NCBI GenBank assembly: GCA_045591265.1
Contig: JAZNSQ010000014.1
Span: 1,310 to 65,309, forward strand
Length of the DNA: 64,000 bases
Source: Clostridia bacterium
Lineage (GTDB): Bacteria > Bacillota > Clostridia > UMGS1883
Reading direction: 5' to 3'
Shown here in pieces: positions 18,213-28,187 of the stretch. A program made the translations under genes and the position numbers. Position 1 is the first letter of the stretch, and each line of letters starts with the position of its first letter. The notes below the pieces were generated by a model, which saw nothing but the letters and a program-made list of their open reading frames with translations, had not been told where the DNA came from and did not search any database.

Positions 18213-18652
18213 CGGGAATAGTAAAAAGTGTTCAGAACGGACAAACTGAGCCAAAGCGCAAGCTTTGGGTTATCCGAAGCTGTATAGCGTCAAAGCAAAG
18301 CAGACATCGCTTTGGTTTTGCAATAATTACAAAACCTTCGCTCAATGCATTGCTTTTCCTTTCCCCAAAAAGCAATGTCTGCTTTTCGGGGTCCCCGAAA
18401 GTCGCAAGACTTTAAGGGGGAAAGGAGCAAACGAGCGACAAGTTTAAGTTATACAAAACTTAAACCATAGCGAGCCTTGCGACGCACGAGAGACGAAGTT
18501 TGTTCGTAGTAAAAAGGCTTAAAAATAAAGAAAAATCGAATGAATGAGATTTTTCAACCAAAAGATAACTCTGCTATTTTTTTTCATCAAGTGACTATTT
18601 TGAAAATTTATTTTTTTGCCTTTTTACGTTCTGGACTTTTTTACTATTCCCG
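18213..18652. repeat. ~440-bp non-coding element bounded by 27-nt imperfect inverted repeats (CGGGAATAGTAAAAAGTGTTCAGAACG / CGTTCTGGACTTTTTTACTATTCCCG); candidate MITE or large structured RNA.
   Basis: The two arms match at about 24 of 27 positions. The interior is GC-richer than its flanks and packed with nested hairpins, including ccaaagcGCAgctttgg, ggttttgCAATAATTAcaaaacc and the palindrome gcaatgcattgc. No ORF in it has an RBS. Confidence 0.5.
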
Positions 18653-18654
18653 TT

Positions 18655-19425
18655 TTATAGGCTTTTTCTCATATTCTGTACCGCACTTTTTTCAAGTCTT
18701 GATACCTGCGCCTGACTGATTCCAACCTCCTGGGCAACCTCTGTTTGTGTTTTCCCTCGAAAAAAACGAAGCGTTATAATAAGCTTTTCTCTGTCCGATA
18801 ATTTTGTCATAGCCTCACGAAGAGATATTCTTTCTATCCACGCCTCATCCACATTCTTTTTGTCAGACACCTGGTCCATAACAAAAACTGCATCTGCTCC
18901 ATCGTGGTAGACGGGCTCAAACAGAGATATTGGCTCTTGTATGGCGTCAAGCGCCATGCTCACCTCTTCCTTTGAGACTTCTATTTTTTTTGCTATTTCC
19001 TCTATGCTTGGCTCACGGTTAGTTTCTTTTATAATTTTTTCGCGCACACAAAGTGCCTTGTAGGCAATATCACGAAGCGAGCGTGACACCCTCACTGAAT
19101 TGTTGTCACGAAGATAACGCCTTATTTCTCCTATAATCATGGGCACTGCGTAGGTTGAAAACTGAACATCCAGCTCTGTATTAAAATTATCTATTGCCTT
19201 TATAAGCCCGATACACCCCACCTGAAACAAGTCGTCTACATTCTCTCCACGATTGTTAAAGCGCCCTATAACGCTTAGTACAAGTCTTAAATTTCCTTTT
19301 ATAAAGGTTTCTCTCGCGTGCGAGTCACCTTTTTTTATTTTTTCAAACAGTTCTTTTTTCTCCTGTGCCGAAAGCATTGGTAATTTTGATGTATTTACTC
19401 CGCATATTTCAACTTTACTAATCAT
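18655..19425 (-). CDS. sigG: Sporulation sigma factor SigG (sigma-70 family, SigF/SigG clade).
   Basis: The N-terminus 'MISKVEICGVNTSKLPML...GNLRLVLSVIGRFNNRGENVDDLFQVGCIGLIKAIDNF' is near-identical in pattern to the Bacillus SigG N-terminus. The start was set to the ATG at 19425 (RBS GGAGG, 7-nt spacer); the ORF track extends to 19488. Confidence 0.85.
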   Translation of the reverse strand: MISKVEICGVNTSKLPMLSAQEKKELFEKIKKGDSHARETFIKGNLRLVLSVIGRFNNRGENVDDLFQVGCIGLIKAIDNFNTELDVQFSTYAVPMIIGEIRRYLRDNNSVRVSRSLRDIAYKALCVREKIIKETNREPSIEEIAKKIEVSKEEVSMALDAIQEPISLFEPVYHDGADAVFVMDQVSDKKNVDEAWIERISLREAMTKLSDREKLIITLRFFRGKTQTEVAQEVGISQAQVSRLEKSAVQNMRKSL

Positions 19426-19495
19426 AAAAAGCCTCCGCAAGAAAGATTTCTCAATTAAATCTTTCCCGCAAAGGCTTTTATTATGCAATATTTTA

Positions 19496-20845
19496 TTATT
19501 TAAGTCTTTCTAAAAGCTTTTTTTGTTCTTCCTCATAACCGGGTTTTCCTAAAAGTGCAAACATATTTTTCTTATATGCCTCAACACCCGGCTGGTCAAA
19601 CGGATTAACGCCAAGGAGATATCCGCTTACACCGCACGCTTTTTCAAAGAAATAGATAAGATTTCCGAGGCAGTAAGCATCCATCTTTTCTGCGCGGATT
19701 ACAAGGTTTGGCACATTGCCGTCAGTATGCGCTAAAAGTGTGCCGTTAAACGCCTGCTCATTAACAAAGCTTACGGTTTTTCCTGCAAGGAAGTTTAATC
19801 CGTCAACATTGTCGCCGTCTTCTTCAATCTGTATGTCCTTACGGGCATTGTCAAAGAAAAGCACTGTCTCAAAGAGGATGCGCTGCCCCTCCTGAATGTA
19901 TTGTCCCATAGAATGAAGGTCACTTGAAAAATCTGCTGAAGCCGGGAAAATACCTTTGTTTTCCTTACCTTCGCTTTCACCGAAGAGCTGTTTCCACCAC
20001 TCTGCAAAGAAATGCACCTGCGGTTCATAGTTTATCATCATTTCTATTGATTTTCCTTTTCTGTAAAGTGCATTTCTCACCGCAACGTATCTGTAGCAAT
20101 CATTTTCTTCAATGTCGGGGTTTGAGTATTTTACCATAGCATCTTTTGCCCCGAGCATAAGCGCATCGATATCAATTCCGCTTGCAGCGATAGGCAAAAG
20201 ACCAACTGCCGTCAGTACACTATAGCGTCCGCCAACATCATCGGGAACAACAAAGGTTTCGTAGCCTTCTTTATCTGCTAAATTTTTAAGCGCGCCCTTT
20301 TCTTTATCTGTTGTTGCAAAAATTCTTTCACGCGCGCCGTCTTTTCCATACTTTTTAATAAGCATATCGCGGAAGATACGGAAAGCTATCGCAGGCTCTG
20401 TTGTAGTTCCGCTTTTTGAAATGATATTTACCGAAAAATCAATGTCCTTTACTGTTTCAATTAAATCAGAAAGGTAGGTTGAGCTGATGTTATTTCCTGC
20501 AAAGAAAATTTTGGGATAGCCCTCACGTGCGCTTTCTTCTACGTTATAAAAGCTGTGGTTAAGCATTTCAATCGCCATTCTTGCACCAAGATATGATCCA
20601 CCAATGCCGATAACTATAAGCGCTTTTGAGTTTGATTTAATTTTCTCTGCCGCTTTTTTAATGCGGGCATATTCTTCCTTATCATAATTTTCAGGAAGGT
20701 CCACCCAACCTAAAAATTCTTCCCCTCTGCCCGTCTTTCTGTGAAGCATATCGTGTGCCGCCTCAACAAAAGGAGAAAGAGCCTTTATTTCTTCTTTTGA
20801 TACAAATTTTTCAGCATTTGAGCTGTCAAACTTTATTTTAACCAT
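19496..20845 (-). CDS. pgi: Glucose-6-phosphate isomerase.
   Basis: It belongs to the PGI family ('[17 protein letters not shown]'). The start is at 'MVKIKFD', preceded by the RBS AAGGGGGA; the ORF track extends to 20935. Confidence 0.9.
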   Translation of the reverse strand: MVKIKFDSSNAEKFVSKEEIKALSPFVEAAHDMLHRKTGRGEEFLGWVDLPENYDKEEYARIKKAAEKIKSNSKALIVIGIGGSYLGARMAIEMLNHSFYNVEESAREGYPKIFFAGNNISSTYLSDLIETVKDIDFSVNIISKSGTTTEPAIAFRIFRDMLIKKYGKDGARERIFATTDKEKGALKNLADKEGYETFVVPDDVGGRYSVLTAVGLLPIAASGIDIDALMLGAKDAMVKYSNPDIEENDCYRYVAVRNALYRKGKSIEMMINYEPQVHFFAEWWKQLFGESEGKENKGIFPASADFSSDLHSMGQYIQEGQRILFETVLFFDNARKDIQIEEDGDNVDGLNFLAGKTVSFVNEQAFNGTLLAHTDGNVPNLVIRAEKMDAYCLGNLIYFFEKACGVSGYLLGVNPFDQPGVEAYKKNMFALLGKPGYEEEQKKLLERLK

Positions 20846-20864
20846 TTTCAAATCCCCCTTTTTA

Positions 20865-21881
20865 TTATTCTTCGTACCCGTTGGGGTTATTTTTTTGCCA
20901 ATTCCATGAATCCTCGCACATCTTTTCAAGGTCACGCGCAGCTACCCAGTCAAGCTCCTCTTTTGCTTTTGTTGCATCTGCATAACAAATGGCAGCATCT
21001 CCCGCTCTTGGTGGTGCAATGACATACGGAAGGTCTTTTCCGCATGCCTTTGAAAATGCTTTTACTATTTCAAGTACGCTGTAGCCGTTTCCTGTTCCAA
21101 GATTATAAATATGTACGCCCGGCTCATTACTTTTCTTTTCCACTGCTTTTAAATGGCCAAGCGCGAGGTCAACAACGTGAATATAGTCACGCACCCCTGT
21201 ACCGTCCTTTGTGGGATATTCGTTTCCGAATACGTTGATTTTTTCAAGTCTGCCTACTGCAACCTGTGCAACATACGGCAAAAGGTTGTTGGGAATACCC
21301 TTGGGGTCTTCCCCTATTTTTCCGCTTTCATGTGCGCCTATGGGGTTAAAGTAACGAAGAAGCACCACACTAAAGCGCTTATCTCCGTTATAAACGTCAG
21401 AAAGCACCCTTTCAAGCATAAGCTTTGTAGCGCCGTATGGATTTGTTGCGAAGTTTGGAAAATCCTCTTTTATCGGCACCGTTTTTGGATTGCCATACAC
21501 TGTTGCCGAAGAAGAAAATACGATATTATAAACATTATGCTCACGCATTACCTCAAGAAGTATAAAAGTCCCTGTCATATTGTTATGGTAGTATTCAAGG
21601 GGTTTCTCGACCGATTCTCCAACCGCCTTGAGACCTGCAAAATGAATGACTGAATCAATTTTATTTTCATCAAAAACCTTTGAAAGATTTTCCTTATCTA
21701 AAATGTCACAAACATAAAAAGGGAAATCCTTTCCCGTTATATTTTTTACTGCCTCAATAGCTTTCGGACTTGAATTTGAAAGGTTATCTACAACCACTAT
21801 TTCGTGCCCTGCATTAAGTAACTCCACACACGTGTGGCTTCCGATGTAACCTGCACCGCCTGTTATAAGTATATTCATCAT
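20865..21881 (-). CDS. galE: UDP-glucose 4-epimerase.
   Basis: The Rossmann motif '[13 protein letters not shown]' and the catalytic 'YxxxK' are present in a 338-aa protein. It has its own upstream promoter, TTGACA-17-TATAAA. Confidence 0.9.
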   Translation of the reverse strand: MMNILITGGAGYIGSHTCVELLNAGHEIVVVDNLSNSSPKAIEAVKNITGKDFPFYVCDILDKENLSKVFDENKIDSVIHFAGLKAVGESVEKPLEYYHNNMTGTFILLEVMREHNVYNIVFSSSATVYGNPKTVPIKEDFPNFATNPYGATKLMLERVLSDVYNGDKRFSVVLLRYFNPIGAHESGKIGEDPKGIPNNLLPYVAQVAVGRLEKINVFGNEYPTKDGTGVRDYIHVVDLALGHLKAVEKKSNEPGVHIYNLGTGNGYSVLEIVKAFSKACGKDLPYVIAPPRAGDAAICYADATKAKEELDWVAARDLEKMCEDSWNWQKNNPNGYEE

Positions 21882-21970
21882 TATACCTCCAATTCTGATA
21901 TAACTAATTTTATACCTATACCGCTATTAATGTCAAGGCATTTGCCCCATTTTCACTAAATTATCTTTCT

Positions 21971-23569
21971 TTAACTTTCGTATATACTTTTTCTTGCCAA
22001 AAGTACTTTAGAGGGCGATACGCTTATTTCATCAATTCCATAGGAAATAAGCTTTTTAATGGCTAAAGGGTTTCCTGCCAGTTCTCCGCAAACGCCCACC
22101 CATATATTATTTTTATGCGCGTTTTCGCACACATTTTTTATAAGCGAGAACACCGCCGGATGCATTATATCATACGTTTTTTCAATGTGCGGATTTTCTC
22201 TGTCACAAGCAAGGGTGTATTGTGTTAAATCATTAGTCCCGATACTGAAAAAATCGACCATCCCCGCCAATTTATCACTTATAATTGCAGCTGCAGGAGT
22301 TTCAATCATAATTCCCTCTTTGACCTTACCTTCCTTTATTCCAAGCTCTTTTCTTACCTCTTTTGAAATTTCCTTTACTTCCATTAGCTCGCTTTCTGAA
22401 ATTATCATAGGATACATTATAAGAATATTTCCATATTCCGAAGCTCTGTATGCTGCACGAAGCTGTGTTTTAAGCATCTCTTTTTTAAGGAGATTAAGCC
22501 TTATTCCACGCATTCCAAGGGCCGGATTTTCCTCATGCTCAAAATGAATATAATCCGCCTTTTTATCCGAACCCAAATCAAATGTTCTTAAAATTACATT
22601 TTTGCCCTGCATTTTTTCCAGCACATTTTTGTATACGAAAAACTGCTCATCTTCACTTGGGGGATTTTTTCTTCCCATATACAAAAATTCCGTCCTGAAA
22701 AGCCCTATGCCTTCAGCATCATTTGAAATTACTGCCTCCACATCATCGGGACCACTTATATTGGCATATAGCATTATTTCCTTATTATCTTTTGTGATTG
22801 TCTTCTTTTTGCGAAAAGACTCAAGCTCTTCTTTATACTTTTTATAGCCTTCTATTTCTTTTTTTATAGAGCTGATTGTATTTTCATCAGGCTCTATAAA
22901 AACGCTGCCCGATTTTGTATCGACTGCCGCAATAACTGAATTTTTAACGCCTGAAAGCTCTAACTCGGGCACAACTATAGACGCTAAATTGAGCATCCCC
23001 GCAAGAATTGATGCATGCGAAAGCCGAGACCCCTTTTTCGTTACAAGGGCAAGCGTATTTTTCTTTCCAAGCTTTATTACCTGACTTGGCGAAAGCTCTT
23101 CTGCAAAAACAATGCATCCCTCGGGGATATCCTCTTCTATTTTGTCTCCTCTTAAAAAATTCACAATCCCGTGCGATATATCCAGTACATCCGCACTTCT
23201 CTCGCGCATATATTCAGAATCCATTTCCAAAAACCTCTTTGAGAAAAGCTCGCTTATTTCCTCAACTGCACTGATTGCGCTTTTATTGTTTTCAATAAGA
23301 TTTAATATCTCATCTATATAATCTTCGTCCTCAAGCATAAGCTGGTGTATTTCAAATATTTCGGCATTAGCTATTCCTACCGCACTTTTTGAGTCCTCTT
23401 CAATATTTTTAAGCTCCGATTTTAAATCGTTAACTGCATTTAAAAACTTTTTCTTTTCTTCTTCCTTATTTACACATTTATCGGATGAAGGCATAGCTTC
23501 TTTTTTTATTACATATGCATTTCCTATTGCAATACCAAAGGAAAGTTCTTTCCCGCTTAACTTTATCAT
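21971..23569 (-). CDS. ptsI: Phosphoenolpyruvate-protein phosphotransferase (PTS enzyme I).
   Basis: It has PEP-utilizing enzyme domains. The C-terminus '...GTNDLTQYTLACDR...' matches PtsI. Confidence 0.9.
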   Translation of the reverse strand: MIKLSGKELSFGIAIGNAYVIKKEAMPSSDKCVNKEEEKKKFLNAVNDLKSELKNIEEDSKSAVGIANAEIFEIHQLMLEDEDYIDEILNLIENNKSAISAVEEISELFSKRFLEMDSEYMRERSADVLDISHGIVNFLRGDKIEEDIPEGCIVFAEELSPSQVIKLGKKNTLALVTKKGSRLSHASILAGMLNLASIVVPELELSGVKNSVIAAVDTKSGSVFIEPDENTISSIKKEIEGYKKYKEELESFRKKKTITKDNKEIMLYANISGPDDVEAVISNDAEGIGLFRTEFLYMGRKNPPSEDEQFFVYKNVLEKMQGKNVILRTFDLGSDKKADYIHFEHEENPALGMRGIRLNLLKKEMLKTQLRAAYRASEYGNILIMYPMIISESELMEVKEISKEVRKELGIKEGKVKEGIMIETPAAAIISDKLAGMVDFFSIGTNDLTQYTLACDRENPHIEKTYDIMHPAVFSLIKNVCENAHKNNIWVGVCGELAGNPLAIKKLISYGIDEISVSPSKVLLARKSIYES

Positions 23570-23580
23570 ATTATCATTCC

Positions 23581-23838
23581 TTATAAATTACATCTGAAGA
23601 ATTCTTCCATCTCTTTTATTGCCTCTTTTTCGTCTGTGCCCTCAGCCGTGATAAATACACAGTCATTACATTTTGCACCAAGGCCCATAACTGAAAATAT
23701 CTTTTTGGCATTTGCGCTTTTATCACGAAGCTCTATTTTAATGTCTGATTCAAACATGCCTGCCTTTTTTACAAGTATCCCTGCAGGACGCGCATGTATA
23801 CCATTTTCCGATTTAATTATATATGATATTTTTTCCAT
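23581..23838 (-). CDS. ptsH: Phosphocarrier protein HPr.
   Basis: The sequence 'GIHARPAGILVKKA' holds the active His15; the regulatory Ser46 sits in 'KSANAKKIFSVMGLG'. Confidence 0.9.
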   Translation of the reverse strand: MEKISYIIKSENGIHARPAGILVKKAGMFESDIKIELRDKSANAKKIFSVMGLGAKCNDCVFITAEGTDEKEAIKEMEEFFRCNL

Positions 23839-24280
23839 TGCTATCTCTCCTTATTGATTACTATTATTTATTATTTCTGTTACATAATTAATAAACCCTT
23901 AAAGAAAATGTTTTTTTAGTAAAATTAAGTTAATATTTCCGAAAAATATCGCATTTACCTATTAATTCCATAATTTTATGTAAACCGTTTTTAGCCTAAT
24001 TTCTCCGCATATAAGTTTTCCACAATTTAAATATTTTATTAGTATTTTTCTGTGAAATCTGTTAATAACTCCTGTTAAAAACCATAAAATTAAGCTTTTT
24101 CCTGTGGAAAACTTTAATTTCTTCTCTCGGGGTTGTATTTTTTTATGTAAACCTTACTTAACATAATATAATTATTATTTTTAAATTATAGAAACCACTC
24201 CCCCTATGCGCTTTATACACCTGTTTTGTAACATCTCAAAGCAAGATTTCGAATTATTTTATTATTTTCAAAAAAAGACT

Positions 24281-24308
24281 TTACAAGACATTATTTATGT
24301 GCTATAAT
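24281..24308 (+). promoter_or_regulatory. Putative tRNA promoter (-35 TTACAA, 16-nt spacer, -10 TATAAT).
   Basis: The motif is 'TTACAAgacattatttatgtgcTATAAT', 24 nt upstream of the tRNA 5' end. Confidence 0.5.
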
Positions 24309-24331
24309 GATTTTCGTTGACAGATAAATAT

Positions 24332-24408
<77 letters not shown>

Positions 24409-24611
24409 CGAATAAACAGTCGTCTTTGACGGCTGTTTTGATTTGTAAAAAACTTTTTTTATGAGACCGACGAGCGTGGCTCGTTGGGAATCAAGCCTGA
24501 GCGCTGCCGGTGGCAGATTAAGCGAGGGCGCAGAGTTGTGCAGCGGTCGAAAAAACTGAGGACAAGCGAAAGCCCGATAGTTTTTTCGGGCACCGCAAAC
24601 GGCGCAAAGCG

Positions 24612-24653
24612 ATAACCCGAAGGTCGTTGGTTCAAATCCGGCCCCCGCAACCA
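24612..24653 (+). repeat. Direct duplicate of the 3' 42 nt of the tRNA-fMet gene (anticodon loop through CCA); an att-site-like scar.
   Basis: The sequence 'ataacccgaaggtcgttggttcaaatccggcccccgcaacca' is identical to tRNA positions 36-77. No matching 5' half precedes it. Confidence 0.8.
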
Positions 24654-24659
24654 GAAAAA

Positions 24660-24694
24660 GGCCTTAACTTTAATGAAAAGTTAAGGTCTTTTTC
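24660..24694 (+). terminator. Rho-independent terminator downstream of the tRNA and the repeat.
   Basis: The hairpin 'ggccttaactttaatgaaaagttaaggtc' is followed by TTTTTC. Confidence 0.7.
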
Positions 24695-24882
24695 AACTAA
24701 ATCCGTCTTTGCAGACGGAATAAATCAATCCTTGATTGATGAAATCTGCTTTGCAGATGAAATCGCCTACGGCGGATTAAAGACGGATTTGATTTCATCC
24801 AAACTTGTTTGAATTTCATCGCGAACAAAGTAATCGATTTCATTCTACACAAAAAAGCACTTGCACTTGCAAGTGCTTTTTA

Positions 24883-26097
24883 TTATACCATTTCCAGTTT
24901 TCTTAAAAGGTCAAGTCTTTCCAAATGCTCGCTTGAAAGTGCTTCTTTCTTCCTTTTTTGAGGAATAATTCCCTTTAAAATTCTATGCGCCCACGCAATT
25001 GGAAGAAGGAGCTTTGACCTTTTTACATAAGGATAATTTACGGACATAAATTCTATTCCAGGAAAAAGGCGCGAAAGCTTTCTTTTATTTTTATAAGCTT
25101 CATAGCTTGATTTTCCCGATTTGCTTCTTTCGCTTAAATAAAGGTTGTAAAAGCCTTGCCTTGCACCATCCTCGTGCCCGAAGAGTCCCCCACTAAACAT
25201 ATCCTCGAAAACTTTTTCAACAATGTCTTCATCAAGTTCGTCTGTCTTAATAAGATTTTCGGGAAACATAAAATAAATTTCACCAATTCTTATTATATGC
25301 TTAAAAAACTTCTCAAAACCTAAATTTTTTATGGAGCGGTTTGCCCTTTCCCAGTCTATTTCCCGAAAGCAGTTTTTCGTGTATATAAGAAGGTCTCCAA
25401 GTTGTCTTATCCCGGCACCGCACGACAGAAAATGCTTTGCAAAATGAAGAAGCAAAAACAAAAAGTTATCAGTTATCCCAAGCGTTTTATACTCTGTGCC
25501 GTCTTCCGCTTTGACTGTTATGCGCGCTTCTTCATATTTTACCTCGTTACGAAAGCTTACATCTCCGGTCATTTTGCCATACATCATTGTGTGTATTTCA
25601 ACAAGTCCTGCTATGGGATGAGTGCATTCAATCTGATGTGATTCATACACCTTTTCCCCGATTGTAAAGCCCATATCCTCCATTATTTTAAGACAGTTGT
25701 CAAGTTTCTCGGGATTTATCAGAATGTCCGCGTCACTCGACACGCGCGCGATGGGAGTGTGATAAAACCTTGATATGCTTTCACCTTTAAGTATGCAGCA
25801 TTCTATACCGTTTTCCTCAAGTTTTTTCATAAGAGAATGAATAAAGGAAAGTCTTTTGTACTGAACTGCCATATTCATCGTAAATTGCGCGTCAAGTTTT
25901 TCAAAAGTCTCTTTCGGAATTTTTTCAGGATGTTGTTTATATATATCACTTACAGCTAAAAATACAGTTTCCCAGACGCCTTGACTTTTGGATATGTTGT
26001 AAATTTCTTTAAAGTTGTATTTTCTTTTTTCATCCGCCTTCACTCCGTAGGACGCGCAGGAAAAAAGATATATTGTATCTATAAAATCTTTATTCAC
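24883..26097 (-). CDS. Uncharacterised nucleotidyltransferase-family protein (NTP_transf_5-like), common in glycan loci.
   Basis: The protein is 404 aa. This is a weak call from overall pattern (e.g. 'SSDADILINPEKL'); it has no TM segments and sits last in the glycan cluster. Confidence 0.4.
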   Translation of the reverse strand: MNKDFIDTIYLFSCASYGVKADEKRKYNFKEIYNISKSQGVWETVFLAVSDIYKQHPEKIPKETFEKLDAQFTMNMAVQYKRLSFIHSLMKKLEENGIECCILKGESISRFYHTPIARVSSDADILINPEKLDNCLKIMEDMGFTIGEKVYESHQIECTHPIAGLVEIHTMMYGKMTGDVSFRNEVKYEEARITVKAEDGTEYKTLGITDNFLFLLLHFAKHFLSCGAGIRQLGDLLIYTKNCFREIDWERANRSIKNLGFEKFFKHIIRIGEIYFMFPENLIKTDELDEDIVEKVFEDMFSGGLFGHEDGARQGFYNLYLSERSKSGKSSYEAYKNKRKLSRLFPGIEFMSVNYPYVKRSKLLLPIAWAHRILKGIIPQKRKKEALSSEHLERLDLLRKLEMV

Positions 26098-26119
26098 TCC
26101 ATCACTTCCTGATGCATTT

Positions 26120-27085
26120 TTAATGCATTATTCTTACAATAATGCTCTTTAACTTAACGTACAAAAACATTAGATTGGTGCAATTTCTGACATATAGGAA
26201 CTTAAATATCTTATAGTCGCATCTTTCAGGCAAGCTCTTTTCTATCTTTTCTCTTAATAGCTCGTTTGATATATATCCTCGTATAATTTCCCTGAAATTC
26301 TTCTCGTGCGACACATCCACAAACCAGGAGTGTATAAGTTTTGCATAGCAATCATACATTTGTGCGAGATTACAGTCTCCCCCATATATTTCCTTTAAAA
26401 AGTTTTCTTCAATCACCCTTTGGTCAATGAGTGAATCAATCTTATCAAGTTTTGAGTTTCTGTTAAGGGAGTTGTCATTGTCAAGCGAAACATTATAAAG
26501 GCAATCCGCTATAACTCGTATTTTTTCTACATTACGCATATAATCAAGGACAAACACTGTATCCTCTCCTAAAGATAAATCCTCACGGAAAAGCTTTTTT
26601 ATAATGCTTTTTTTATACAGTTTATTGCATGGACCAAGGTTTATTTTTCTGAGCTTAAAATACACGTCAATATTTTCCCTCAGAATGCATTTTTCATCTT
26701 CAAGATGCGGAGTGCGAAGCAGTTTCTCGCCTTTCCACACCTTTAATCCGCATATCGCCATATCTTGCCCTTCTATGGCAGAAACTAATTTTTCGCATGC
26801 ATCTTTTTCAATATAATCATCACTGTCAACAAACTGGATATATTCCCCGTTTGCTTTTTTTATGCCTTCATTTCTGGCTTTTGATACCCCGCCGTTTTCT
26901 TTATCTATAACTACTATGCGACTGTCCTTTGCCTCATATTCTCTGCAAATTTCAAGACTGTTATCCTTTGAGCCATCATTTATAAGGATTATTTCGATAT
27001 CTGTGTATGTTTGAGAAATCAGGCTTTCTATACACTTTTTAAGCCATTTTTCAGAATTGTAGATTGGAACAATTATTGAAATCAT
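26120..27085 (-). CDS. Family-2 glycosyltransferase.
   Basis: The N-terminus 'ISIIVPIYNSEKWLKKCIESLISQTYTDIEIILINDGSKD...FVDSDDY' is the GT-A fold with a DxD motif. Confidence 0.85.
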   Translation of the reverse strand: MISIIVPIYNSEKWLKKCIESLISQTYTDIEIILINDGSKDNSLEICREYEAKDSRIVVIDKENGGVSKARNEGIKKANGEYIQFVDSDDYIEKDACEKLVSAIEGQDMAICGLKVWKGEKLLRTPHLEDEKCILRENIDVYFKLRKINLGPCNKLYKKSIIKKLFREDLSLGEDTVFVLDYMRNVEKIRVIADCLYNVSLDNDNSLNRNSKLDKIDSLIDQRVIEENFLKEIYGGDCNLAQMYDCYAKLIHSWFVDVSHEKNFREIIRGYISNELLREKIEKSLPERCDYKIFKFLYVRNCTNLMFLYVKLKSIIVRIMH

Positions 27086-27103
27086 CGGCCTATCTCCTGT
27101 CCT

Positions 27104-28183
27104 TTACACGTTGGTTTTTAAGAATTCGATTGATTTTTGGCGTTTCTCGTTTAAAAGAGAGTTAACCTTTTCGTAGTTAATAGGTTCTTTATTAAGTAAA
27201 TTTTCATTTTCACATTTAAGCTCCCTGTTTCCTAATTCAAGTAGAGCTGAAAGTGTTTCAAGTCTTGAATTGTTATTGTCCTTTTTTATATCCAAATCAT
27301 AGAAAAACTGCTTTTGTAAAACTATTGAAAGTGCCATTCCGTGAAACGAGCTTGTAAAGATATATTTTGCGTTTTTTATGTATTCTACAAATTCATCGGG
27401 CGAGATATCTGTTTTATTTATCACGCCTTTTTTCTTTCTATAGGACATATGTCCCCAGATTATTTTATACCCTGTTTCTTTAGCAAATTTTTTTACCGCT
27501 TTTTCAATATTTGGTGTTGAAGCTATTGTATATACAAAGATGTATTCTCCCTTGTTTTTCAGGTTACAAGTAAAATCGTAATCGTCTTTTAAAAGTAAAA
27601 GTGTCGGATCTAAAACCATCTGGCTTTCAAGATTAAAAGTGTCCCTTATAATGTTATCAAGCGCTTCTTCCCTTGCAGATATTGCTTTAAAGGAGGAAAG
27701 CTTGTCCTTAATTTCCGCCTCATTTGTATTTTGCAAAGAGCTGCTTCCCATACTTGCTGCATAGGAAATCTTTTTCTTCCCTTCTGCAAAATCTAATAGA
27801 TACGCATAGTCGTTACCATTTAAGGAAAAATTCCATACCTGGTCGCTCCCGGTTATAAAGGTGTCATAGCATCCTTTTGCCTCTGATATAGTTTTCTTAT
27901 TATAGGGCTTACTGATTTTAAGATACTTTTTTTTAAAAGCATCAAACTTTTTCTGGCTTTGAGCGTTCTTCCTTATAGTCAGCACCCATTTGATGAGCTC
28001 TTTTTCGCTCCTTATTTCATAAAGCTTTTTGAGCTTATACTGATTTTCAATTTTTTCGCATCTGTAATCTATAATTTCGTTGTCAAAACCAAGTTTACGC
28101 AGAGTCTTTTGAAGGGCATATGCCTGAAGAAGCGCCCCGCAATTTCTGGTGCTGTGGTAGGTAATTGTCCCCGTTTTTTTCAT
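27104..28183 (-). CDS. Polysaccharide pyruvyl transferase (CsaB/WcaK-like).
   Basis: It has the PS_pyruv_trans-like fold ('GTITYHSTRNCGALLQAYALQ'). The start was set at the ATG at 28183 (RBS AAAGGGTGAG); the ORF track extends to 28222. Confidence 0.7.
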   Translation of the reverse strand: MKKTGTITYHSTRNCGALLQAYALQKTLRKLGFDNEIIDYRCEKIENQYKLKKLYEIRSEKELIKWVLTIRKNAQSQKKFDAFKKKYLKISKPYNKKTISEAKGCYDTFITGSDQVWNFSLNGNDYAYLLDFAEGKKKISYAASMGSSSLQNTNEAEIKDKLSSFKAISAREEALDNIIRDTFNLESQMVLDPTLLLLKDDYDFTCNLKNKGEYIFVYTIASTPNIEKAVKKFAKETGYKIIWGHMSYRKKKGVINKTDISPDEFVEYIKNAKYIFTSSFHGMALSIVLQKQFFYDLDIKKDNNNSRLETLSALLELGNRELKCENENLLNKEPINYEKVNSLLNEKRQKSIEFLKTNV

Positions 28184-28187
28184 TTTC

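Noticed and set aside
18265-18447. A 60-aa ORF inside the inverted-repeat-bounded element.
   Set aside because: It has no SD, the peptide is low-complexity and Cys/Phe-rich, and it lies within a region whose signal is clearly nucleic-acid secondary structure. It is most likely non-coding.
23960-23985. A cre-like catabolite-responsive element (tgtaaaccgttttta) upstream of ptsH.
   Set aside because: The CG core is offset by one position relative to the TGWAANCGNTNWCA consensus. This is not a convincing CcpA site.
24459-24650. A 63-aa minus-strand ORF spanning the GC-rich insert and the tRNA 3'-half repeat.
   Set aside because: It runs antisense through a tRNA-derived sequence, has no RBS and no plausible fold. 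The open frame is an artefact of local GC-richness.
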